A stretch of 64,000 nt of DNA from Candidatus Omnitrophota bacterium (GTDB lineage: Bacteria > Omnitrophota > Gorgyraeia > 2-01-FULL-45-10). The DNA lies in the NCBI GenBank assembly GCA_030695905.1, contig JAUYOL010000036.1, positions 182,814-246,813 of the forward strand, written 5' to 3'. Below the pieces are notes generated by a model. That model was not told where the DNA came from and did not search any database. It saw only the letters and a program-made list of their open reading frames with translations. Position numbers and translations under genes: made by a program. Of this stretch, positions 1 through 10,472 are shown piece by piece. Numbering within the stretch: position 1 is the stretch's first letter; each line of letters opens with the position of its first letter.

Positions 1-235
1 TTGCCGTTTCGGCATGAGCGGTCATGCATGAAAAACATGCGACATTCGCGGCCGCTATGCGTTCTGCTATAAACCGCAGGTCTTCTTTGGAGCGGATATT
101 TTTTGACGCAATATTCAGGAAATCCGCGTCCGGATAAGTCTTGCGAGCGATAGCGGCTATTTTGCGCAGCCCTATAGATATATAATCATTATCCAGGGCC
201 ACGAGGCATAGTTTTATTTTATGTGGAGCGTTCAT
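1..235 (-). CDS. 5' part of a probable B12-binding radical SAM protein (runs off the window)
   Basis: Manual translation from ATG at 235: MNAPHKIKLCLVALDNDYISIGLRKIAAIARK...VACFSCMTAHAE, resembling a cobalamin-binding N-terminal domain. Confidence 0.55.
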   Translation of the reverse strand, partial: MNAPHKIKLCLVALDNDYISIGLRKIAAIARKTYPDADFLNIASKNIRSKEDLRFIAERIAAANVACFSCMTAHAETA

Positions 236-266
236 CAAAAATTATTCCTTTATAGTTTTACGCAGG

Positions 267-1538
267 CTAAATAGTCGGCTCTGCTTTACTCGGAGTATCG
301 TAAGCATACTTTGGCAAACCTAATATACCCCTTATGATATTCTTGGTTCTTTTGTGCTTGTAAAAAAAGATGGAGGCCACATACCTGCAATGCATCCTGA
401 GGCTGCGAAAATTGATCTTCCGATATTTCAAAAAGAAACAAAATTCCTCGAGCGCATTTTTATATTTTCCATTTAACAGGAACAGCCCTATATATAGAAA
501 CCTGAATGTCGCATAATTTCTTATAAATTCTTTATCGACATATATGCTCGGATTCCTTTTCTCATACATATCTATATTCTCGAAGATCCTCGCAAATGCA
601 GTCCTCGCATCATAGTCCCTTACTGCCCTTTCATGCGCCCTTCTTGCAATATTTTCTCTTTCTTTTTCATTCGCCAGATAATAACGGATTTTTTGCAGCA
701 ATTCTTCTTTCGTTCGGAATACGTCTATCTCTTTCCCTATTTCGAACATGTTTTCCATGCCTGGCGCATATTCGCTTAAAACAAATCCTCCGCATAACGC
801 AATTTCTATAGGCCGCCCCTTGGACTGTTTGACCCTGTTATTAATATTCAAACCAAACAATGTCGAATCGGCGTTTATGCTGGTAAAATTCAAATTTATC
901 CTGCTTGTCCTGAATATGTCCAACATGTTGTCAAAGCCGACGTATCCATTCGAGGTGCCTTCGCCATAAGGCTGTATCTTCACGTTATTAGCGGCCAGAT
1001 AATCGATATGCTCTTTACGGTTTTTAGTCAGAAGACTGCCAACAAATGATACGTCGATATTTTTTTCGGAATCATGACTGCGCGAATACCGGTTCTTACT
1101 GAACAGGCTGAAAGTGCATATCGCATTTATGTTTAAAAGTTCATACCTGAACTTCGACAGGTAATCCGGCAGCGTTACTAAATTAGCTGCCTGCGCATAA
1201 TATTTATCGCTTGAATCAAAAAAATATTCCGTGTCAAAAAAATTCATACTTATAAATGACGAACTTGACAATTTTTTGATGAAATTAATATCAAAAGTTA
1301 AATCACTGGATCCGAGAATAAAGAAAATATAATTAATCCTTTTTTCAATAATCATGCCCTCGATTCTTTTCTCAAAAAGATTCTTCCCTGTCTGGATATA
1401 CAGATCCATATAGTCTACAAAGCAATAGTTATCGCTGTTTTCTTTTATACCATCGCAATAGTTTTCGCATATTGTGTTGGTTTTCCATAAATGAGATATT
1501 ACCATTGCATTACGCTCGGGCATCGGGATATCCTTCAT
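267..1538 (-). CDS. Glycosyltransferase, CgeB/Glyco_trans_1_2-like
   Basis: DVSFVGS, SRINLNF, KGRPIEIALCGGFVLSEY, ELLQKIRYYL motifs; start moved to ATG 1538, which overlaps the wzx stop (ATGA). Confidence 0.8.
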   Translation of the reverse strand: MKDIPMPERNAMVISHLWKTNTICENYCDGIKENSDNYCFVDYMDLYIQTGKNLFEKRIEGMIIEKRINYIFFILGSSDLTFDINFIKKLSSSSFISMNFFDTEYFFDSSDKYYAQAANLVTLPDYLSKFRYELLNINAICTFSLFSKNRYSRSHDSEKNIDVSFVGSLLTKNRKEHIDYLAANNVKIQPYGEGTSNGYVGFDNMLDIFRTSRINLNFTSINADSTLFGLNINNRVKQSKGRPIEIALCGGFVLSEYAPGMENMFEIGKEIDVFRTKEELLQKIRYYLANEKERENIARRAHERAVRDYDARTAFARIFENIDMYEKRNPSIYVDKEFIRNYATFRFLYIGLFLLNGKYKNALEEFCFFLKYRKINFRSLRMHCRYVASIFFYKHKRTKNIIRGILGLPKYAYDTPSKAEPTI

Positions 1539-2803
1539 GCAAATACACTTTTGCGCCGCCTGTATTTGAAAACAAGAATTACGGCGCATGTTGCGATCAT
1601 TTCTGAGATCAATAATGCGATCGAAATGCCTATATCTTTGTATAAAGGGGTTAAGATAAAAGCCAGTATCACGTTGATTACCCCCACGAATATAACTATT
1701 GAAGAGAACGCCTTATTCATGCTAAAGGTCAGCAATCCCTGTACAGCCACGATGCTGCTGGTTCCAAGAAGAAATGGCAGCGGCGAAAGTATCCTCAGGA
1801 TTATCACTGACCGAGTATATTGAGGGCCTAAAAGTATTTTCACGATATAGGGTGCGAAAATAAAAATAGTCGCCCCCATGATAATAGTCGCCACGCCGAC
1901 ACCAATAAGCAGTTTTTTGATGATAGCGACAGCTTTCTTTTTCGAGTCGACTACCAGCCGGCTTATATATGGATACATAGACTGCGAAACAGGGCTTAAC
2001 AACGCCACAAACGCCTTTACTATAGAGTCGGCTGCCTTATAATAGCCGACGATCTCATTTCTGCAAAACAGGCCTAAAATGAATATATTGCTTGTGGTAT
2101 AAACACTGACGGAAGCCATCCCTAAAAAAACATGCCATCCTTCCTTCAATTCCGAATAAATCGAAGTTTTCAAAGGAGCTTTTATTCTTATGCCGAATTT
2201 TTTTATAATGAGCCACAAGCTGATCACGCTGGCTGTAAAAGTCCCTATCAGATTTGATAAAGGCACATAAATATAGTCCGACTGTGCTTTTACAAAACTG
2301 AAGATGGCTACTATGAATATTACCCTCGATAACATGCTCAAATAACTAATATACTTCATTTTTTCCATTCCCTGAAAAAACCAGGTAGGGAAAAGGATAT
2401 TACACATGATAGCCAGATAAGACACTAAATAAAGGTCCCAGTCTCTCCTGAATTTGGAGAATACGGCTACTATCACGGTTAAAGCAACAAGGCATACGAA
2501 AAAGAGGATGGTTTTTATCAACATTATGGAATTAAAAACCTGCACAAGCCCCTCGTTGGTATCTCTGCTAACAGCGATCTTTTTCGATGCGGTATGTATA
2601 AAACCGTACTCGGCTATGACCATAAAATAGTAGACAAATGCCTGGGCGAATGCGACTAACCCGAATTTTTCAGGGCCCAGCACGCGGACAAGATAAGGTA
2701 ATGTAATGAGCGGCAATATATAGGTCGACCCCTGAAAAATGAACAACGATATGATATTCTCTATTATCTGTTTCTTTTCTCCGGAAATCGGCATATTTAT
2801 CAT
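1535..2803 (-). CDS. wzx: O-antigen/polysaccharide flippase Wzx
   Basis: About 12 hydrophobic segments; PLITLPYLVRVLGPEKFG and WFFQGMEKM motifs; ATGA overlap at 2800-2803. Confidence 0.9.
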   Translation of the reverse strand: MINMPISGEKKQIIENIISLFIFQGSTYILPLITLPYLVRVLGPEKFGLVAFAQAFVYYFMVIAEYGFIHTASKKIAVSRDTNEGLVQVFNSIMLIKTILFFVCLVALTVIVAVFSKFRRDWDLYLVSYLAIMCNILFPTWFFQGMEKMKYISYLSMLSRVIFIVAIFSFVKAQSDYIYVPLSNLIGTFTASVISLWLIIKKFGIRIKAPLKTSIYSELKEGWHVFLGMASVSVYTTSNIFILGLFCRNEIVGYYKAADSIVKAFVALLSPVSQSMYPYISRLVVDSKKKAVAIIKKLLIGVGVATIIMGATIFIFAPYIVKILLGPQYTRSVIILRILSPLPFLLGTSSIVAVQGLLTFSMNKAFSSIVIFVGVINVILAFILTPLYKDIGISIALLISEMIATCAVILVFKYRRRKSVFA

Positions 2804-3561
2804 TTCATTCGCCGCAGAAAAGCGCCCGGCCAATAGGTAACGCGCTCTTTTATCTGCCCCTCATTAAACTGAAACACCGGTTCTTCCTGAACAAAATCAT
2901 CCCGCTCCGACAGAAAATTCTTAATAGCCGATTGTGGGTTGTCCGTAGCCCATTCAGGCTTGGTGCGCGGCGCCCCCACAAGCTCTTTCGTAATACCGTC
3001 GCATGCGACGATATATGAATCTACCGCTACAAATTCAGAATAGGCCCGTAATTCGGCCAGGACATGCTCTTTTGTGTGATTGGCATCTAAAATGACCAGG
3101 CCTTTTTCACCGCGTTTTACCTGAGAGCGGACCTTGCCGATTATCTTATTGTCAACAGACGACCCTTCGATCATGGTGATTAGGCTATACATATCATGCG
3201 CCTCGATAGCCTTGCGGTTGTGCGGCCGGATCTCAATATCTACGCCTATCACCCGTCCTTTACCCATCGCCTTAAAAAGGCTAGCGTAGAATATCAAGCT
3301 GCCTCCATGCGCTATACCGGTTTCGATCAATACATCCGGTTTCACGCGATAGATGACCTCCTGGATACGCATGACATCTTCAGGCAGCTGTATTATCGGA
3401 CGGCCCATCCATGTAAAGGAGTAGACGTGTTTTGTGTCCCACCCTGACCGTAGCCATAAAGAAGAGAGTAATTTAAACGCTTCGGGCGTGCCGATGTCAA
3501 ACTCGCGCTTGACGCCATTTTCAGTTACGGTGATATTATCGCCGTTAATACGTATATCCAT
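2800..3561 (-). CDS. CmcI/cephalosporin hydroxylase family (SAM-dependent sugar O-methyltransferase-like)
   Basis: FTWMGRPIIQLPED, KPDVLIETGIAHGGS, VILDANHTKEHV. Confidence 0.85.
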   Translation of the reverse strand: MDIRINGDNITVTENGVKREFDIGTPEAFKLLSSLWLRSGWDTKHVYSFTWMGRPIIQLPEDVMRIQEVIYRVKPDVLIETGIAHGGSLIFYASLFKAMGKGRVIGVDIEIRPHNRKAIEAHDMYSLITMIEGSSVDNKIIGKVRSQVKRGEKGLVILDANHTKEHVLAELRAYSEFVAVDSYIVACDGITKELVGAPRTKPEWATDNPQSAIKNFLSERDDFVQEEPVFQFNEGQIKERVTYWPGAFLRRMK

Positions 3562-4378
3562 GTTCTACATCTTTCTTTTCCCTATAGCGGCGTACCATGC
3601 CCGCCAGAGAGCCCAGAACATCGCCGGGCGTCAGGCCGAGGTCCTTTCGCGCGCGTGAAATGTCGATCTCGGGGAAATCCAACAGCCGCGCGTCCGGGAC
3701 CACTTCCCACTTACAGTGTTCGACCGCGGTAATCGCCTCACAGACCTGCCTGTTGCTCAGGTTCCGGCCCGATGCGATATTGTATATGGGCCCGGACCGG
3801 GGCAGTTCCCCCAAAGCGATTATCGCCCCTACTGCGTCCTCCAGGAGAATGAAGTCCTTAGCGCTCTGGGCCATTGAATGCAGGAGTATCGATTTTTCTT
3901 CGCATGCCTCGCGCATAAGGACGGATATGAAATTATCGGATGAGAAGTCCGGCCCTATTACATTGGACAGGCGCGCAACGACCGCATTCCGCCCGGAATG
4001 CAGGCAAGCCGATTCGCCCATGAGTTTCGATATATTGTAAAGATCGGAAGGATCATTCGGATCCGCTAAAAGCACGCTATCCTCGTTCACGCATCCCTTA
4101 AGCCCCGCGTATACCCTTGTAGATGAAAGATAGACCAGTTTTTCATAACTTGTTTCGCGCAGGACGCGATTTAACACACATACATGCGCATCCACCGTAT
4201 CAAGTGGCCGTTGGCGGAAATCGGCGGTAAGGCCGATACAGTAAAACGCTACGCCCAGGTCGCGGCCCGACAGCTTCTCTTCGCGGGCCGGACAGAACAC
4301 GGAGTGGCCGCGCCGGCCCAGCGCCGCAGCTACGTGTTTGCCTATAAAACCGTTGACGCCGAGTACGGTATAGTTCAT
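3545..4378 (-). CDS. NAD-dependent epimerase/reductase (extended SDR)
   Basis: GVNGFIG, SSTRVY, YNISK. Confidence 0.8.
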   Translation of the reverse strand: MNYTVLGVNGFIGKHVAAALGRRGHSVFCPAREEKLSGRDLGVAFYCIGLTADFRQRPLDTVDAHVCVLNRVLRETSYEKLVYLSSTRVYAGLKGCVNEDSVLLADPNDPSDLYNISKLMGESACLHSGRNAVVARLSNVIGPDFSSDNFISVLMREACEEKSILLHSMAQSAKDFILLEDAVGAIIALGELPRSGPIYNIASGRNLSNRQVCEAITAVEHCKWEVVPDARLLDFPEIDISRARKDLGLTPGDVLGSLAGMVRRYREKKDVEHGYTY

Positions 4379-5886
4379 ATCTTGACCCCGTCGCTGTATT
4401 CAAGCGCTTCGTCCGACCACGAACGCTGTACAAGATCGGCGAAGAGAGATCTATTATTCTCGAAATCGCGCTCGCAGCGCTCTACTTTGGAAAGGTACTT
4501 TTCGGGCAGCTTCGTATACAACCTGAAACATCTCCGTATTCCCTCAACCTCCTCCGGGCTCATCGGCTGGCCCCGCAAAACGGTCTTTCCGGTAAAGGTC
4601 CGCGCAGCTTCATCGCCTTTTATATAACCATGGTCCATACAGAACTTCCTTAAGGGGACTCCAGTAAAAGGATAAAAGACGCTCATGATAGCCACGGTAG
4701 GCCGGATCTCGCGAATCAAACCTATCGTCTGAAAGGCCTCCCGGCGTGTTTCGGTAGGAAAGCCTATCATACAGTATGCGCTGGAACGCAACCCATAACG
4801 GTGTATCAAGGCAAAAGCATTATATATGGAATCGACCGTCATGTGCCGGCCGCATATATTCCGCAATATACGCGAGCTTCCCGATTCAACCCCTAAAGAT
4901 ATCTGCACCGGGACCCGCATCCCGGAGACCAGACGCATCTTGTCTTCAGTAATCGACTCGGGCCGGGTCTGTAAAATAAGCGGCAGGCGGATCTCTTTAC
5001 CGTACCAGCCGCAAAACCGTTCAATATCCCCGGTATTGTTATGAAAGAAGCACTCGTCCTGAAGCTGCAGTATCTCTGCTCCGCGATCCTTAAACTGCTT
5101 TACACCGCGCTGAAAATTTTCAAACGGGCGCACTCGAAAGAATTGACCAAGGCCCCTAAAGCTGTTTTTAAGCGCGGCATTGACGCAATAGCTGCACGAA
5201 AACGGGCATCCGCGGGAATACTCGATTAAAGCGCGGCGACGCATCCGGCCGTCATACGGCTTCAGTAGGTGCCTATTATCAAAAAGAGAGTGGTCGGGGC
5301 AGATATCCCAAAGCCTATCGGCCGGGATCAGCGGGCGCCTTGGATTTCTATTAATACCCTTTGGTGTGCGTACCCATAGGCCTGCTATACCGGAAACATC
5401 GTTTCCATCGCAAATTGCGCGTATCAGCTCCGCCCACGTATCTTCACCTTCGCCTACACATACGGCATTCACAAAAGGTTCGGCCATAACCGAATCCGGA
5501 TCGATGGTAGCATGCACCCCGCCTACAACAACAAGCGGCGAGACTTCCGGCAACTGAACATTTTCCATGACATCTTTGAACAGCTCCCATTCTAAAGAAT
5601 TGGCATGCACAGCCAGCACATCCGGATGAAATGAATTTAACTCATCCTTAAAGTCCGTGTAAAAACTCTGCAAAGGCGGATACTCTGATTTCTCACGCCC
5701 CTTTACGGGCATGAACTCTCCGGTAGATTCATGATCCTCGGTGGCGGTGTTGCTTTTGTTATAAAAGGTTGTTTCGACATAGCGCACCTCACATCCGGCG
5801 TCCTTTGCGATCGAAGAAAGTATTCCTACTGCCAGAGGTATTACTCCATCACTGCCGGTATTGGGGAACAGTATCATTATGCGCAT
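4375..5886 (-). CDS. Cobalamin-dependent radical SAM enzyme (class B methyltransferase-like)
   Basis: VVVGGVHAT, GEGE, SRGCPFSCSYC, GVESGS, MIGFPTET. Confidence 0.9.
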   Translation of the reverse strand: MRIMILFPNTGSDGVIPLAVGILSSIAKDAGCEVRYVETTFYNKSNTATEDHESTGEFMPVKGREKSEYPPLQSFYTDFKDELNSFHPDVLAVHANSLEWELFKDVMENVQLPEVSPLVVVGGVHATIDPDSVMAEPFVNAVCVGEGEDTWAELIRAICDGNDVSGIAGLWVRTPKGINRNPRRPLIPADRLWDICPDHSLFDNRHLLKPYDGRMRRRALIEYSRGCPFSCSYCVNAALKNSFRGLGQFFRVRPFENFQRGVKQFKDRGAEILQLQDECFFHNNTGDIERFCGWYGKEIRLPLILQTRPESITEDKMRLVSGMRVPVQISLGVESGSSRILRNICGRHMTVDSIYNAFALIHRYGLRSSAYCMIGFPTETRREAFQTIGLIREIRPTVAIMSVFYPFTGVPLRKFCMDHGYIKGDEAARTFTGKTVLRGQPMSPEEVEGIRRCFRLYTKLPEKYLSKVERCERDFENNRSLFADLVQRSWSDEALEYSDGVKI

Positions 5887-6395
5887 TTTTTATCCTTCTT
5901 CGATATCACCTTAACGTCAAGGGGCCATTTTATAGAAAATAACGGGTCATCCCACCTTACGCCCTTAGCGCACTCTGGATGATAAAATTCGGACATCTGG
6001 TAAAAAACAACTGAATCATCTTCCAGTGTCTGGTATCCATGCGCAAAACCTTTCGGGATATACAACATTCTGTAATCTTCCCCGCCTAACTCCAGCGCAT
6101 ACGATTTACGATAAGTGCAGGAGTCTTCCCGCAGATCTATTATAACGTCGTATATCCTGCCCTTTATACAGCTGACCAGCTTGGCCTGCTCGAACGGAGT
6201 AGACTGATAATGCATGCCGCGCAGCGTACCCCTGGCCTTGTTATAAGAGACATTGCACTGGACTATATTGAGGTCTATACCGTGCTCCTGAAATTCCTTC
6301 TGACAATAGGAGTAAGCAAAGAAACCGCGTTCGTCTTGGGCCTTCTCTAATTCTATGACATATGCGCCCTTTAATTTTGTTTCTTTGAATATCAT
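5877..6395 (-). CDS. rfbC: NDP-4-keto-6-deoxyhexose 3,5-epimerase
   Basis: DERGFF, GTLRGMHYQ, LYIPKGFAHGYQTL, GVRWDDP. Confidence 0.9.
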   Translation of the reverse strand: MIFKETKLKGAYVIELEKAQDERGFFAYSYCQKEFQEHGIDLNIVQCNVSYNKARGTLRGMHYQSTPFEQAKLVSCIKGRIYDVIIDLREDSCTYRKSYALELGGEDYRMLYIPKGFAHGYQTLEDDSVVFYQMSEFYHPECAKGVRWDDPLFSIKWPLDVKVISKKDKKCA

Positions 6396-7618
6396 CGGAT
6401 CACCTCTAATTCCGGAATGGGAATAATGAAACTTCCTCCCCAGTCTCTTACATAAGAAAGCTGCCGCATTATTTCTTCTTTAATATTCCAGGGCAATATC
6501 AGGATGTAATCCGGCTTTGTCTGGCGTATCCTGTCCGGCGATACTATTGGTATGCGGCTGCCGGGCATAAACCGGCCTTGCTTATGCGGGCTTATATCCG
6601 CGACATAATCTATCAGGTCATTTTTTATGCCGCAGTAGTTAAGCATGGTGTTGCCCTTGGCTGCCGCGCCGTATCCGACAATAGTTTTTCCGTCATACCT
6701 TATCTTGCCTAAAAAACTGAGGAGTTCACATCTTGCCTTCTTAACCTTCTCGTCAAAAGCAAAATAATTTGTGATATCGGCATAGCCTGATTTGGTTTCT
6801 TTATCCAACATTTTGTGAACACGTTCACTAATCGGTTTTGTACCGTCATTTTTGTGTTTGACGTAAATTCTTAAGGAACCGCCATGCGTAGGCAGTTCTT
6901 CAACGTCAAAGATAACAAGAGAGTGGGAGAAAAAAACCTTTTCCGCCGTTAAAAACGAGAAATAGGAAAAATGTTCGTGATAAATGGTATCGAACTGCCT
7001 GCCCTCTATCAACCTTGCCAGATGCGGGAATTCCATTGTAATCATCCCATTCGGGTTCAGCAGTATGCTTAAGCCTTGGACAAAATCGTTTAGGTCCGGT
7101 ACATGCGCCAGGACATTATTCCCGATCAACAGGTCCGCTGTTTTACCCTCGCACGCCAGCCGCTTCGCGGTCCTGGCCCCAAAGAATGCCGTTTCAGTAG
7201 GTACATTTTTCTTCCGGGCCGTTTCGGCAACATTAACGGCCGGCTCAATACCTAACACGTTAGCACCTTTTCTCATAAAATACTGCAGCAAACAGCCATC
7301 GTTACTCGCTATTTCAACAATGCGGGATTTTTTATTTATCCCGTAATCCTTAAACATCTTATCGGCATACTCTTCGCAGTGTCTCATCCACGTTTCGGAA
7401 CAAGAGGAAAAATACGCATAATCGCTGAATATATTCTCCGGGCTCTCGAACTCGGGCAATTGGACTAGAAGACAATTATCGCAAACGTAAACATCTAGAG
7501 GATACAACGGTTCTTTACGAGCCAACTGCTCTTTCTTAATATAGGCGTTCGACAAAGGCGCAGAGCCTAAAGATACGAACAATTGCCTAAGCTCTTTATT
7601 GCAAAATCTGCATCTCAT
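6392..7618 (-). CDS. NDP-hexose C-methyltransferase
   Basis: CRFC zinc site, VEIASNDG, FDTIYHEHFSYF, THGGSLR, GYGAAAKGNT. Confidence 0.9.
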   Translation of the reverse strand: MRCRFCNKELRQLFVSLGSAPLSNAYIKKEQLARKEPLYPLDVYVCDNCLLVQLPEFESPENIFSDYAYFSSCSETWMRHCEEYADKMFKDYGINKKSRIVEIASNDGCLLQYFMRKGANVLGIEPAVNVAETARKKNVPTETAFFGARTAKRLACEGKTADLLIGNNVLAHVPDLNDFVQGLSILLNPNGMITMEFPHLARLIEGRQFDTIYHEHFSYFSFLTAEKVFFSHSLVIFDVEELPTHGGSLRIYVKHKNDGTKPISERVHKMLDKETKSGYADITNYFAFDEKVKKARCELLSFLGKIRYDGKTIVGYGAAAKGNTMLNYCGIKNDLIDYVADISPHKQGRFMPGSRIPIVSPDRIRQTKPDYILILPWNIKEEIMRQLSYVRDWGGSFIIPIPELEVIR

Positions 7619-7620
7619 TT

Positions 7621-8391
7621 TTACCAGACCTTCCACGGCGCTTTATCGGCATCCCATAACCGCTCTAATTCCAACTTATCCCGCAGGGTATCCATCGGTT
7701 TCCAAAATCCCGTATGTTTATAAGCGACCAGATGACCCTTCTTCGCCAGATTTTCGAGCGGTTCCTTTTCCCAGTGCGTACTATCGCCTTCGATGTAATC
7801 AAAGATACCGGCCTCGAGGACGAAAAAACCCGCGTTGATCCAGTTATTATCTCCTCGCGGTTTTTCCAGGAATGAATTGACCTTGCCTGATCTTCCTACA
7901 TCCAGGCTGCCGAATCTGCCGAGCGGCTGTACCGCAGTTACCGTAGCCATCTTTTTGTGCTTACGATGAAAACGTACCAGCTCCCTTATATCGATCCGTC
8001 CCACCCCGTCGCCGTATGTCATTAAAAACGGCTCTTTCCCGATATATTTTTTAATCCTTTTTATCCGGCCGCCAGTGATAGTTTCCATGCCCGTATCGAC
8101 CAGCGTAACCTTCCACGGCTCTGAAGAGCTTGAATGAACGCTCACTTTATTTTTTTTCATGTCTATCGTTACATCGCTTGTGTGCAAAAAATAGTGTGAA
8201 AAATATTCCTTGATGATATAGCCCTTGTATCCCAAACAGACTATAAAATCGTTGAAACCGTAATGCGAATAGATCTTCATGATATGCCATAGTATTGGTT
8301 TGCCTCCGACCTCTATCATGGGTTTGGGTATCACGCTTGTCTCTTCGCTGATCCTCGTCCCCATGCCACCCGCAAGGATAACTACCTTCAT
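7621..8391 (-). CDS. rfbF: Glucose-1-phosphate cytidylyltransferase
   Basis: VILAGGMGTRISEET, PKPM, TYGDGV, GFWKPMDTLRDK, APWKVW. Confidence 0.93.
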   Translation of the reverse strand: MKVVILAGGMGTRISEETSVIPKPMIEVGGKPILWHIMKIYSHYGFNDFIVCLGYKGYIIKEYFSHYFLHTSDVTIDMKKNKVSVHSSSSEPWKVTLVDTGMETITGGRIKRIKKYIGKEPFLMTYGDGVGRIDIRELVRFHRKHKKMATVTAVQPLGRFGSLDVGRSGKVNSFLEKPRGDNNWINAGFFVLEAGIFDYIEGDSTHWEKEPLENLAKKGHLVAYKHTGFWKPMDTLRDKLELERLWDADKAPWKVW

Positions 8392-10469
8392 ATGCCTACC
8401 TCCTCTTTCCGGCCAGTTAATCGTAACCAAAATAAAAATATCGCGACTACCACCGTCAATGCCCAGGCCAAGAAAACATATCTAAAATATACGGCAAAAA
8501 TGAACAGGTTGATAAAGTGAAGGCTAAGGCAAACGACGGCTATCATCCTCATATCAGGCGGCATCTTTCTTTTAAGAAAAGCCGCATAAAATACCAGCCC
8601 CAGAAATATCGCACGATACCATGGAGCTATCATGATCTTTAAATGCGCCGCAATCCTTGCGATACTCCCGCCGGATAAATTGAATGCCAATAATTCTTTA
8701 AAGGCGTCCAGATATAGCGACGGCGGCGTAGAAAGAGCCGTCCGGGCAAAAGCCGTGAAGACACAAAACTTGTGCCCGAAAAAATAATTATGTAAAAGCG
8801 TAAATAAGACCGGGGTGAAACCCAGCCACGAAAATAATACTTCTTTAAAGCGTCCGGCCAGCATCAATTTGCCCGCAAAATAACACAGGACTATCAACGC
8901 GGCGATCGAGAACTGGGGGCGCATAAATACCGTTACAAAAAGCAAAAGATGCGCCAGGAACCCGTACCAGTAATACGCGCCATTTCGGATTTTTGCGTAT
9001 CTTAATAAAAGGGTGAGCGCCCCGAGAAAGGCGGTATATGCCAAAGTATCGGGCCATCCTCCCCGCACCACCATCACATAGATATAGTATGTGAAACCAA
9101 GCCTATCTATTGTATGAGACTGCAAAAATACGCCAAATAAAAAAAACATTGTTATCCAGAAAGACCATCTTCTTGATATAAAATTCTCCAGAAATCCGAA
9201 AAGGACATAAGGCAATATTAAAACAACGGCCAGATATCCGAAATTGGTATCGCCAAAAAATAATTTCTCTACCGCTCGAAAATACCGGAATCCGGGCGTA
9301 TTCCAGAAAATATCCTCTCCCCCGCGCAGGGCCTGTTTCCAATTCCCGGATAAAGCGTTGACCAGCACCTGTCTGCCCAGGGTTTCATGGGTTGGGCCGT
9401 CTTCGCCGCCTTCATGAATAAAATACTGCCCGAACAGGTGCGGACAATATATATAAGTTATGGCCGCTGCAATAAGTATTATTGAGCATGCAAGAAGAAA
9501 GCGCTTTCTGTCTATCTTGATCATCAGATTGAGGATGAATAACGCCCCTAAGGCCTCCGGTATCCTTTTTAAAAGAGCTGAAAATTTCAGCATGGGCGAT
9601 AAGACCAGGCTCATGGAAAGAGGAATCTCTTTGTTTTCTTCCGGCGCATGTATAGGCTTTTTGCCGGATAAGAAAAGCCTTATTCTCGATTTTAAATCTT
9701 TAAACCTGCCCCAGAAACCCGGCTGCTCCTTATTATTTATGGCTACCCCGAAAACTTTTTTACCGATATCCAGATCCGCTATCTTTCTACAGCCTCTGGT
9801 CTCGTTGTATATGGCCTCATAATGCCCATCCGCGCCTTCCCATAAGAGATACCCGGTCCAGCATAACGAACTATTAACAGAAGAAGGTGATAACTCATAC
9901 ATTACAAAAAATGGCATGCTATCCCGCCTGATATCGGACGCCCCGAACCAGCCATAGGCGCTATCATTCGCAAAGCCGCCCCTGAATTCTGTAAGATTGT
10001 TAAAGTTTATACTATCGACTATGCGGCTGTATTTCGGCTTTGAGAGGGCCGAATCCGCCGAAAAAACAAAGAGAGATTGAGGCGGCCGGCATTGCCAGCA
10101 TCCGCTGTCGCTGGAAGTCCTTTTATCCAAAGGATACTTTTTTAAGAATTGCTGCTTCATAAAAGCGAAGGCTTCAGGAGGCAGCCCCTTCTCCAGTGTC
10201 TCGTTGTCGCCTTTTGTGAAAAAGATATTGTGCCCTTCCTGGATAGCCGCATGAGGAATAATACCCTTGATAATAAGGACGAAAATGGCTATAAATGAGG
10301 CGACGACCAATCGCTTATAAGAACAGCTGATCTTGCTGTTCACTATAGCTAATCCGGATATAAAAATGACCACGAAGCTGAAAACACTTATAACAGGCAA
10401 TCCGACACAGATCACTATCAGGACAAAACAAGCGATCTTCTTCAAGATTTCGTAAAAATTAAACTCCAT
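8388..10469 (-). CDS. Large polytopic membrane protein with a periplasmic domain, possible GT-C glycosyltransferase
   Basis: Two N-terminal TM segments, a soluble domain, then about 10 TM segments; acidic loop HEGGEDG and FWNTPGFRYF. Confidence 0.55.
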   Translation of the reverse strand: MEFNFYEILKKIACFVLIVICVGLPVISVFSFVVIFISGLAIVNSKISCSYKRLVVASFIAIFVLIIKGIIPHAAIQEGHNIFFTKGDNETLEKGLPPEAFAFMKQQFLKKYPLDKRTSSDSGCWQCRPPQSLFVFSADSALSKPKYSRIVDSINFNNLTEFRGGFANDSAYGWFGASDIRRDSMPFFVMYELSPSSVNSSLCWTGYLLWEGADGHYEAIYNETRGCRKIADLDIGKKVFGVAINNKEQPGFWGRFKDLKSRIRLFLSGKKPIHAPEENKEIPLSMSLVLSPMLKFSALLKRIPEALGALFILNLMIKIDRKRFLLACSIILIAAAITYIYCPHLFGQYFIHEGGEDGPTHETLGRQVLVNALSGNWKQALRGGEDIFWNTPGFRYFRAVEKLFFGDTNFGYLAVVLILPYVLFGFLENFISRRWSFWITMFFLFGVFLQSHTIDRLGFTYYIYVMVVRGGWPDTLAYTAFLGALTLLLRYAKIRNGAYYWYGFLAHLLLFVTVFMRPQFSIAALIVLCYFAGKLMLAGRFKEVLFSWLGFTPVLFTLLHNYFFGHKFCVFTAFARTALSTPPSLYLDAFKELLAFNLSGGSIARIAAHLKIMIAPWYRAIFLGLVFYAAFLKRKMPPDMRMIAVVCLSLHFINLFIFAVYFRYVFLAWALTVVVAIFLFWLRLTGRKEEVGI

Positions 10470-10472
10470 CTA

